A stretch of 64,000 nucleotides of DNA from Desulfomicrobium sp. (lineage in GTDB: Bacteria; Desulfobacterota; Desulfovibrionia; Desulfovibrionales; Desulfomicrobiaceae), in the NCBI GenBank assembly GCA_040768745.1, contig JAXGMI010000001.1, positions 1,312,001 to 1,376,000 on the forward strand, written 5' to 3'. Positions 57,437 through 64,000 of this stretch are shown piece after piece (the first letter of the stretch is position 1; each line of letters opens with the position of its first letter). The notes beneath the pieces were generated by a model. The model had not been told where the DNA came from, did not search any database, and saw only the letters and a list, made by a program, of their open reading frames with translations. Both the position numbers and the translations under genes were made by a program.

Positions 57437-58216
57437 CTAGTGCATGGCGTTGATGAGCTGTGAAAAAAGCAGGGGCAAGCGGGAGACGAATCCTTCCATA
57501 TGCAGGGAGATGATTTCAAAAATGATGCCCAGAAAGAGAAAACCAACGCTGATTTTCACCGGAAAGCCGATGATGAGCACGTTCATCTGGGGGGAGGCCC
57601 GGGAGACGAGAGCCAGGGCCAGATCCACGAGCAAGATGGAGGCGATGACAGGCGCGCCGATCTGGATGGCAAGGACAAAAATCTGACCCGAAAGGGCGAA
57701 GATCTGGCTGGCCAGCCGAGGTGAGAGAAGGATGGCGCCCGGCGGCAGGAGTTCAAAACTCTGGATCAGGCCGCTCAAAAGGTAGAGGTGCCCATTGAAG
57801 GAAAGAAATGTCAGTAAACTGACCATATAGAGAAAATGGGCGGTGATCGCCTCGGAGATCCCAGATTCCGGATCCACGGCATTGACCATGGTGAAGCCCA
57901 TCTGAAACCCAATGAGTTGCCCACCGGTTTGGATGGCAGCAAAGAGAAAACGGACCACAAGGCCCAGGATGAGGCCTATCAATAATTCCGCCCCGAGCAT
58001 GACGGCCAGGGCAAAAGGATGGCCAGGCATCTGGAGTCCCATATGCGGAATTCTGGGCCAAAGGGCCAGTGTCAACGTCAGAGTCAGGGCTGCCTTAACC
58101 GGCGCGGGCAGGTTTTGGCCTCCGAAAAAAGGCATCAGGAAGAGGATCAGGCTGACGCGCATGAGGGCAGAAAGAAATGTCAGGATGACGTTGGGGTCCA
58201 ATGTGAAAAGGTCCAT
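57437..58216 (-). CDS. fliR: Flagellar export protein FliR
   Basis: GQLIGFQMGF, PQMNVLIIGFPVKI. Start assigned to ATG 58216. Confidence 0.93.
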   Translation of the reverse strand: MDLFTLDPNVILTFLSALMRVSLILFLMPFFGGQNLPAPVKAALTLTLTLALWPRIPHMGLQMPGHPFALAVMLGAELLIGLILGLVVRFLFAAIQTGGQLIGFQMGFTMVNAVDPESGISEAITAHFLYMVSLLTFLSFNGHLYLLSGLIQSFELLPPGAILLSPRLASQIFALSGQIFVLAIQIGAPVIASILLVDLALALVSRASPQMNVLIIGFPVKISVGFLFLGIIFEIISLHMEGFVSRLPLLFSQLINAMH

Positions 58217-58226
58217 ATCCGGTGAA

Positions 58227-58242
58227 AGCAAAACGTGGACCA
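58227..58242 (-). promoter_or_regulatory. sigma54 promoter of the fliR operon
   Basis: Minus strand TGGTCCACGTTTTGCT (GG-N10-GC). Confidence 0.65.
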
Positions 58243-58323
58243 GACCTGGAATGTCTGCAAGTCTTGCGATCACTGAAGACAGCGGCTAGGGAGCTCCAAA
58301 CGGGTGCCGCGGCGGGAGGAAGC

Positions 58324-58836
58324 ATGGATGCTGTCTGTAGAAGGTTGGTTCACGATCTGGGTGAAGCCCTGCGTGCCCATGGCTGGCGTCTGGCCACAGC
58401 CGAGTCCTGTACCGGGGGCCTGTTGGCCAGTACCCTGACCGATGTTCCTGGGAGTTCAGAATGGTTTGAGGGGGGGGTGGTGGCCTACGACAATCGGGTC
58501 AAGATCTGCCTGCTGTCAGTGGATCAGGACCTGCTGCTTGGGCATGGAGCGGTGAGCCGGGACTGTGTCGAGGCCATGGTTCGAGGCCTGTGCAGGCTTC
58601 TGGATGTTGCGGTAGGATTGGCCATTTCGGGAATCGCGGGGCCTTCAGGCGGCAGTTCAGAAAAGCCCGTAGGCACGGTCTGGATTGCGTGCAGCTTGAA
58701 TGGGCGGGTTTCCAGCAAGGTGCATCACTTTGCCGGAGACAGGCTGGCCATCAAGGAGCAAAGCGCGCTCACCGCAGTGGCGGAGTTGCTCGATCGCATG
58801 ATGAAAAAGGGCGCGTCGGAATCGAACGCGCCGTAA
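58324..58836 (+). CDS. CinA C-terminal domain protein (PncC-like NMN deamidase)
   Basis: ATAESCTGGL, PGSS, HGAVS, SGIAGPSGG..KPVGTV. GGAGG RBS. Confidence 0.92.
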   Translation: MDAVCRRLVHDLGEALRAHGWRLATAESCTGGLLASTLTDVPGSSEWFEGGVVAYDNRVKICLLSVDQDLLLGHGAVSRDCVEAMVRGLCRLLDVAVGLAISGIAGPSGGSSEKPVGTVWIACSLNGRVSSKVHHFAGDRLAIKEQSALTAVAELLDRMMKKGASESNAP

Positions 58837-58868
58837 GGGGCAGGATGGTCCGTGGCCGACCAAAGGGA

Positions 58869-59333
58869 TCAGTGCAGGTAATCCCCGCGATTGAATTTAA
58901 ATTCCTCGGTGGCTGCAAGGATATCCAATTCTTCGACCATGGCCCGTATTTCGCTGCCAATGGTTGGGTTCTCCGCCAGGCGGGTTTTAAGTTCCAGGAT
59001 GCCCTGCCGAATTTCGGTCAGAAGTTGAAACCCCTGTCGCAGATTGCCGTCAGCCATGCCGATGACCTGGGAATAATCTTCCCATGTGGAGAGCAGGGTG
59101 TCCACCTTGCCCATGACCGACTGTTCTGCAACCGTGTCCGGCATTGACGATCGCAAGACGTGGTCAAGGCCAACCATGGGCATGGCCAAAGGGGTGGCCA
59201 CGCCTGGGTGAGCGGGCACTGGCTGGTTCATCTCCTGGTCGAGGATACGGGAGAAGCCCTCGCCTTTCGTGGTCCGGGCGGCATTTTTTTGTTGGAGCTG
59301 CAGGGCAGCCAGTTGATCCAGGGTGATTTTCAT
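58869..59333 (-). CDS. Hypothetical protein, sigma54-associated
   Basis: AGGAAGGAG RBS; MKI N-terminus, helical C-terminus ending EEFKFNRGDY. Confidence 0.8.
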   Translation of the reverse strand: MKITLDQLAALQLQQKNAARTTKGEGFSRILDQEMNQPVPAHPGVATPLAMPMVGLDHVLRSSMPDTVAEQSVMGKVDTLLSTWEDYSQVIGMADGNLRQGFQLLTEIRQGILELKTRLAENPTIGSEIRAMVEELDILAATEEFKFNRGDYLH

Positions 59334-59364
59334 GGCCATCTCCTTCCTGTTTGTCCTGGGACAA

Positions 59365-59380
59365 AGCGAGGATCGTGCCA
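59365..59380 (-). promoter_or_regulatory. sigma54 promoter
   Basis: Minus strand TGGCACGATCCTCGCT (GG-N10-GC); AT-rich tract upstream. Confidence 0.75.
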
Positions 59381-59525
59381 AAGCATTTTTTTCGTAATAC
59401 ATTAAAATGAAAAACTATATTTCTCCCAGCCCGGCAAAGCTTGCCGGGCCTCTGATCGCGTGCCTGCGCAAACCCCGTATCAACCCCCAGGGGCTGCGGT
59501 CAATGCGTTCCGTGCCGGAAGGTCT

Positions 59526-60134
59526 ATGAACAACACCTGGCAAAAAGGAGCCGATGCCCTGCGACAGGGTCGCTTGGTCGTCTATCCGACGGAAACCTTC
59601 TACGCGTTGGGCTGCCTGGCCACGTTGCCGCGGGCCGTGGAGCGGGTCATGGAGCTGAAGGGCCGTCCGGGAGGCAAGCCGTTGCCCCTCATCATTGCAG
59701 ACTGGGACATGTCTGAACAGTATCTGCATCTGTCCGGATTGGCGTTGACCCTGGCTCGCACGTTCTGGCCTGGATCATTGTCCATTGTCACGGAGGTCGA
59801 ACCGTGCATAAGCCCCCTGGCCAGAGATGATCACGGCAGATCTGCCGTGCGCATGACGCCTCACCCTATTGCCCGTGAGTTGTGTCGTGGAGCCGGCGTT
59901 CCGTTGATATCCTCGAGCGCCAACCGTAGCGGGAACCCTCCGGTGTTTCTGCCCCAGGATTTGGACCCCGTGCTTGTGGATCATGCTGTGGTCATTGATG
60001 CCAGACCATGGCCCCAAGGAGGGAAGGCATCGACGTTGGTGGAGGTCGTGGACAAAAATGCTGTGCGCATTCTGCGAGAGGGGGTGCTGACTGCGCAAGA
60101 ACTCGCCGCCGCGGGGTACGTTCTTGTGGGGTAA
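59526..60134 (+). CDS. tsaC: L-threonylcarbamoyladenylate synthase (Sua5/YrdC)
   Basis: VYPTETFYALG, KGRPGGKPL, FWPG, SSSANRSG, ASTLV. Confidence 0.93.
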   Translation: MNNTWQKGADALRQGRLVVYPTETFYALGCLATLPRAVERVMELKGRPGGKPLPLIIADWDMSEQYLHLSGLALTLARTFWPGSLSIVTEVEPCISPLARDDHGRSAVRMTPHPIARELCRGAGVPLISSSANRSGNPPVFLPQDLDPVLVDHAVVIDARPWPQGGKASTLVEVVDKNAVRILREGVLTAQELAAAGYVLVG

Positions 60135-60295
60135 AAAATTTTTGATTCAGAATGGCCCTAGATGGATGTTCCTTGGAGCAAGGTATAAAAAATTGTATTC
60201 CCGGCCGGTTCGAATATTGTGAGCTTGTAAAAAATAATTGAAACTATTCAACTGGTTGTCGATATCCTGCAAGATATTTCGCTCTTTTTTCACGT

Positions 60296-60311
60296 TGGCC
60301 CGTCATTTGCT
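60296..60311 (+). promoter_or_regulatory. sigma54 promoter (with IHF-like site at 60246-60258)
   Basis: TGGCCCGTCATTTGCT (GG-N10-GC, TTGCT -12 box). ATTCAACTGGTTG has one mismatch to WATCAANNNNTTR. Confidence 0.75.
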
Positions 60312-60321
60312 AATATCACAA

Positions 60322-60384
60322 TAACTTCCTCTTTTTGCCAAAATCGGCTCCCGTATCGGCAGGTACGGGGGCCGATTTTGTTTA
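60322..60384 (+). ncRNA. Candidate sigma54-dependent small RNA (~62 nt)
   Basis: A promoter and a strong terminator bracket a short ORF-less pyrimidine-rich segment, AACTTCCTCTTTTTG. Confidence 0.55.
60339..60384 (+). terminator. Rho-independent terminator
   Basis: CAAAATCGGCTCCCGTATC-GGCA-GGTACGGGGGCCGATTTTG then TTT; 19-bp stem with two G-U pairs. Confidence 0.85.
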
Positions 60385-60811
60385 GGCCCCTGGGACCGAA
60401 CAGGGCGCTTGTCCGCCGTCATTTTTTTCCGGCCATTTCCGGGGTCGAGGTAAAAAGCGTCGCTCCATCAAGTTCGTTATTTCATCCGGTCTGTTTTTGG
60501 CTCGGCAGGGATGCACGGGCGAACATCCGGTGGCGATTCATAGCCTTGAACCGCGGCCCGTCGCAGGTTTTCAGGGAGATGGGTCAGGTTCTTTCATGAT
60601 CAATCGCAGGCGATTGTGCAGGCCGTGAACAGCGCATCTTCCCGGGTCTTGGGGTTATGGATGATCGGTGGGGTCACGCGGTTCAAATTTTTTGATTCTG
60701 GTCCAGTCCATTGCGGCAGTTTTGCGGCTTGTCGTTTTTAGGCTTCAACTTCTGACATTTTGGTGCTAAAGATAGGGCAAAACAGTAGGCAGACAGAAAA
60801 ATGAGAGGTTC

Positions 60812-61276
60812 ATGTCCGAGAAAAAGGTGTTCAGTGCCCCGTGCCCTCATTGCAATGGAGCGATAGCTGCGCGCAATCCTTTCCCAACCGTTGACGTCGT
60901 CCTGCATCGTCCGGAATCGGGGGTATTGCTCATAGAGCGACGCAATCCCCCTTATGGCTGGGCCCTGCCGGGAGGATTTGTCGACTACGGAGAGAGCGTT
61001 GAGCACGCAGCTGTACGCGAGTGTCAAGAGGAAACCGGACTGGAGGTGAGGCTGACGGATTTGCTCGGCGTCTATTCGGATCCGGGTCGGGATCCCCGCT
61101 TTCATACGCTCAGTGTGGTCTTCACGGCAGAGGATGATCACAAAACCTGTCCGTGCGCTGGTGATGACGCAAAGAACGCGAGGTTTTTTCCGCTTGAATC
61201 GTTACCGGCTGAAATTGCCTTTGATCATCTTCGAATCATCAATGACTTTGTAAAAAAGCTGAGAAGGAGCGCATGA
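60812..61276 (+). CDS. NUDIX hydrolase
   Basis: Nudix box [41 protein letters not shown]. Confidence 0.93.
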   Translation: MSEKKVFSAPCPHCNGAIAARNPFPTVDVVLHRPESGVLLIERRNPPYGWALPGGFVDYGESVEHAAVRECQEETGLEVRLTDLLGVYSDPGRDPRFHTLSVVFTAEDDHKTCPCAGDDAKNARFFPLESLPAEIAFDHLRIINDFVKKLRRSA

Positions 61277-62739
61277 TCAAACCACCCCACGAAGTCGTTT
61301 TCTTGACCTCGGAAATCTATCCGTTTTCCAAATCCGGCGGGTTGGCCGATGTGATGGGCATACTTCCGTTGGCGCTGGCCCGACTGGGTCTGCGCGTAGC
61401 AGTGATAACTCCCTTTTATGGGCGGTTGTCCACGGGACAGTATTCCGTGCGCCTAGTCATGGAAAATTGTCCTGTTGGATATCCGTGGTTCGATACAACT
61501 GCGGACATCTATCAGGCGGATTATCACGGTGTGCCAGTGTACTTTATCGACCGGGCTGAATATTTTGATCGCCGGCAGTATTACTGTACGCACAAGGGAG
61601 ATTATTTTGACAATGGGGAGCGTTTCATCTTTTTCTGCCGTGCAGCTCTCAGCGCCATCCGCCATTTGAACATGGGTGCACGCATCGTCCATGCCCAGGA
61701 CTGGCATGCAGGCTTGGCCATGGCCTACCTGGCCTTTTGGAGGAGGACGGACCCTTATTGGGCAGGTGTGCGCACAGTCATGTCCATCCATAACCTGGCA
61801 TACCAGGGGCGGTTCTCCTATCGGCTCTTCGAGGAGTCGAACCTCCCCCTTGAGGCCTGGAACATGGAGGGCGTCGAGTTTTACAACAGTTTTAATTTAC
61901 TGAAAGCCGGCATCGCATACGCAGACAAGATAACCACGGTCAGTCCGAGTTATGCCAGGGAAATCATGACCCCGGAATTCGGCTGCGGACTGGAAGGTAT
62001 TTTGACCCGCCGCAAGAATGACCTGGTTGGGATTCTGAACGGGGCGGACTATTCCATCTGGAGTCCAGCGAACGATCCGGTTCTGGAGTGCACATACTCG
62101 GCCGTGGACCCGAGCGGCAAAAGAGCCTGCAAAATGAATCTGCTGCGCGTCATGGGGTTGAGTGACGTCCTGCTGGATCGCCCCATATTCGGATTCATCG
62201 GGCGGCTGCGCGAGCAGAAGGGCATCGACATCGTGCTGGAGATCATTCCCGAATTGATGAAGCTTGATGTGGGCCTGGTCGTTCTGGGAGAGGGGGGGGC
62301 TGAGTTCGAATCGGCCCTGTTGGCCATTATGGAGGACTATCTGGGTCGGATTGAGGCTATCATCGGCTATACCGAGGAGATGTCGCACGTCATTCAGGCC
62401 GGGACGGACATCTTCCTCATGCCTTCCCGCTACGAACCTTGCGGCTTGACCCAGATGTACAGCCTCAGTTACGGGACACCCCCCGTGGCCACGGCCGTAG
62501 GGGGGCTGCGGGACACAATCATCCCCTATCCGCAACCTGGGGCCAACGGCTTCGTGTTTTCGGACATTACTTCTGAATCCCTGCTCAACAGCGCACGGCA
62601 GGCCGTACAGGTCTGGGAGGACAGGGAGACATGGCAAAGAATTGTGGTCAATGCCATGGAGGCTAATTTTTCATGGGAAAAGTCGGGGCATCAATACATT
62701 GATGTATACAGGTCCCTGCACAAAGATATTCTAATCTAA
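61273..62739 (+). CDS. glgA: Glycogen synthase
   Basis: [36 protein letters not shown]. Confidence 0.95.
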   Translation: MIKPPHEVVFLTSEIYPFSKSGGLADVMGILPLALARLGLRVAVITPFYGRLSTGQYSVRLVMENCPVGYPWFDTTADIYQADYHGVPVYFIDRAEYFDRRQYYCTHKGDYFDNGERFIFFCRAALSAIRHLNMGARIVHAQDWHAGLAMAYLAFWRRTDPYWAGVRTVMSIHNLAYQGRFSYRLFEESNLPLEAWNMEGVEFYNSFNLLKAGIAYADKITTVSPSYAREIMTPEFGCGLEGILTRRKNDLVGILNGADYSIWSPANDPVLECTYSAVDPSGKRACKMNLLRVMGLSDVLLDRPIFGFIGRLREQKGIDIVLEIIPELMKLDVGLVVLGEGGAEFESALLAIMEDYLGRIEAIIGYTEEMSHVIQAGTDIFLMPSRYEPCGLTQMYSLSYGTPPVATAVGGLRDTIIPYPQPGANGFVFSDITSESLLNSARQAVQVWEDRETWQRIVVNAMEANFSWEKSGHQYIDVYRSLHKDILI

Positions 62740-62751
62740 AAGGAGGGCGAT

Positions 62752-63060
62752 ATGAGCATAGAAAAAAAATATTTGAAGTCGAAGAATATCTGCAAGACGA
62801 CGTTTATCATTTCACCGGAAGAATCTGGTGGGGCAAAAACTGCCTTTTTGGTCGGCGAATTCAACGAGTGGTCCATGCATTCCATGCCCATGAAGCGGTT
62901 GAAAAATGGGTCATTCAAACTTGTTGTAGATTTACCTGTGGGCAATTCCTACCAGTTTCGCTACTTGCTCGATGATGACCGCTGGGAAAATGATTGGAGC
63001 GCCGACAACTACTGCTACAGTGAATACGGAAATTGCGAGAATTCCGTTGTGCACATCTAG
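62752..63060 (+). CDS. Isoamylase early-set / glycogen-binding domain protein
   Basis: AGGAGG RBS; LVGEFNEW..PMKRLKNGSF..L...YQFRYLLD...WEND. Confidence 0.88.
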   Translation: MSIEKKYLKSKNICKTTFIISPEESGGAKTAFLVGEFNEWSMHSMPMKRLKNGSFKLVVDLPVGNSYQFRYLLDDDRWENDWSADNYCYSEYGNCENSVVHI

Positions 63061-63139
63061 ACTGTAGGACCATCCGCTTCTCGATTATCGTTTATGCGTT
63101 GCTTTTTGAACGCAAACCAAGTAATTTTCTGGCCTGTTT

Positions 63140-63163
63140 GGCCACTTCGCAAGCGAAGTGGCC
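63140..63163. other. Perfect palindrome/hairpin between the glycogen genes and the regulator
   Basis: GGCCACTTCGC-AA-GCGAAGTGGCC. Confidence 0.6.
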
Positions 63164-63289
63164 GCAAAAAGTCCGCGACCCTCTTGCGCGATCAACATCC
63201 ACCTTGTGGCCGTCATGGGAAACAGGTCAAAAAGTGATTTTGCGTGGGGCGGCTTTTTGCATCCTCACATTCACCCCAAGGAGCTCGTC

Positions 63290-63850
63290 ATGGACCCGCA
63301 CCAGCCCGCCTACAAGGATATTGCACCCCGTCTGCGGGGGCTCCGGGACGCCATGGATCTTACGGTGGAGGATATGGCCGCGCAAATCGGTGTTTCTGCC
63401 GCGGATGTCCTCAAGTATGAATCTGGCGAAAGCGAAATCCCGGTCAGTTATCTCTTCACAGTAGCTCAGGTTTTTCAGGTGGACCTGACCGTACTCATCT
63501 CCGGCAAGGAAGCCCATCTGCATACCGCCTCGCTGGTCCGCAACGGCAAGGGCATGAGCGTCGAGCGTCGCAAGGATTACGACTACAAAAGTCTGGCCTA
63601 CCGGTTCGTGGGGCGCAGGATGGAGCCCTTTATTGTCAACGTTCCGCCAAAGGCCAAGGAGGCTTTGACCTTCAACGAACATCCAGGTCAGGAGTTCATT
63701 TATATGCTCAAGGGCAGGCTTGAGATCACCCTTGGCGGAACAGAATATGTCATGGAGCCCGGGGATAGCCTTTATTTCACTTCGCGTACTCCCCACGCCC
63801 TGCGAGGGTTGGATGGCCAGTCGGCCGAGTTTCTGGACGTGATTATTTAG
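63290..63850 (+). CDS. XRE-family HTH + cupin transcriptional regulator
   Basis: AAGGAG RBS; N-terminal HTH (YESGESEIP); cupin HPGQEFIY..G...PGDSLYF....PH. Confidence 0.92.
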   Translation: MDPHQPAYKDIAPRLRGLRDAMDLTVEDMAAQIGVSAADVLKYESGESEIPVSYLFTVAQVFQVDLTVLISGKEAHLHTASLVRNGKGMSVERRKDYDYKSLAYRFVGRRMEPFIVNVPPKAKEALTFNEHPGQEFIYMLKGRLEITLGGTEYVMEPGDSLYFTSRTPHALRGLDGQSAEFLDVII

Positions 63851-63923
63851 GGGACCGGGCATTCCGTCTGGTTCCCGCAGCAGAAGACATCCAGAGTTTC
63901 AAACCAGCTTCACGGAGTACTCC

Positions 63924-64000
63924 ATGCATACGAAATTGCGTCCCGATTCTTACGAAGAATTCCTGGCAACGTTTCATCTCGATATCCCGGAGAAATATAA
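63924..64000 (+). CDS. Probable AMP-binding acyl-CoA synthetase, 5' end (partial)
   Basis: GGAG RBS; MHTKLRPDSYEEFLATFHLDIPEKY runs off the window edge. XRE-cupin genes commonly precede such enzymes. Confidence 0.55.
   Translation, partial: MHTKLRPDSYEEFLATFHLDIPEKY

Noticed and set aside
60378..60599. 73-aa ORF downstream of the candidate sRNA
   Set aside because: The TTG start lies in the terminator U-tract with no RBS, and the translation is not protein-like.
63161..63263. GCAAAAAGTCCGC...GCGGCTTTTTGC resembling the MITE ends
   Set aside because: Short and imperfect, with no flanking duplication. More likely operator-like or chance.

Overview
64 kb window from a sulfate-reducing Desulfovibrionales bacterium. 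The 16S sequence and gene content look Desulfomicrobium-like (my reading, not a database result). From left to right it holds: the end of a cytochrome c maturation cluster (ccmC fragment, ccmD, TPR/CcmI-like); a livKHMGF ABC transporter; guaB-guaA-tatB-tatC-hisB-lipoprotein-hisA; upp, engB, aroQ, efp, ftsK; a DUF1653-like gene; an 1845-aa protein fusing a polytopic membrane domain to a GH94 phosphorylase; a type IV pilus minor-pilin/PilY1 cluster with a second pilW; a small MITE; an unusual rRNA array (5S-16S-Ile-Ala-23S-5S-16S-23S-5S); an IS66 with a duplicated left end and a nested IS1182; ispH, dus; the flagellar export/regulatory operon (fliR-flhB-flhA-flhF-flhG-fliA-cheY-fliL); cinA-like, tsaC, NUDIX-glgA-early-set domain; an XRE-cupin regulator; and the start of an AMP-binding enzyme. 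The most interesting unannotated signals are a candidate sigma54-driven ~62-nt small RNA with an anti-Shine-Dalgarno-like seed (60296-60384), a sigma54 promoter whose predicted +1 is the fliR ATG (leaderless), the membrane-GH94 fusion, the stand-alone leading 5S gene, and dense N-X-S/T sequons in the pilus tip proteins. All calls come from reading the sequence by eye; no searches or folding programs were run.
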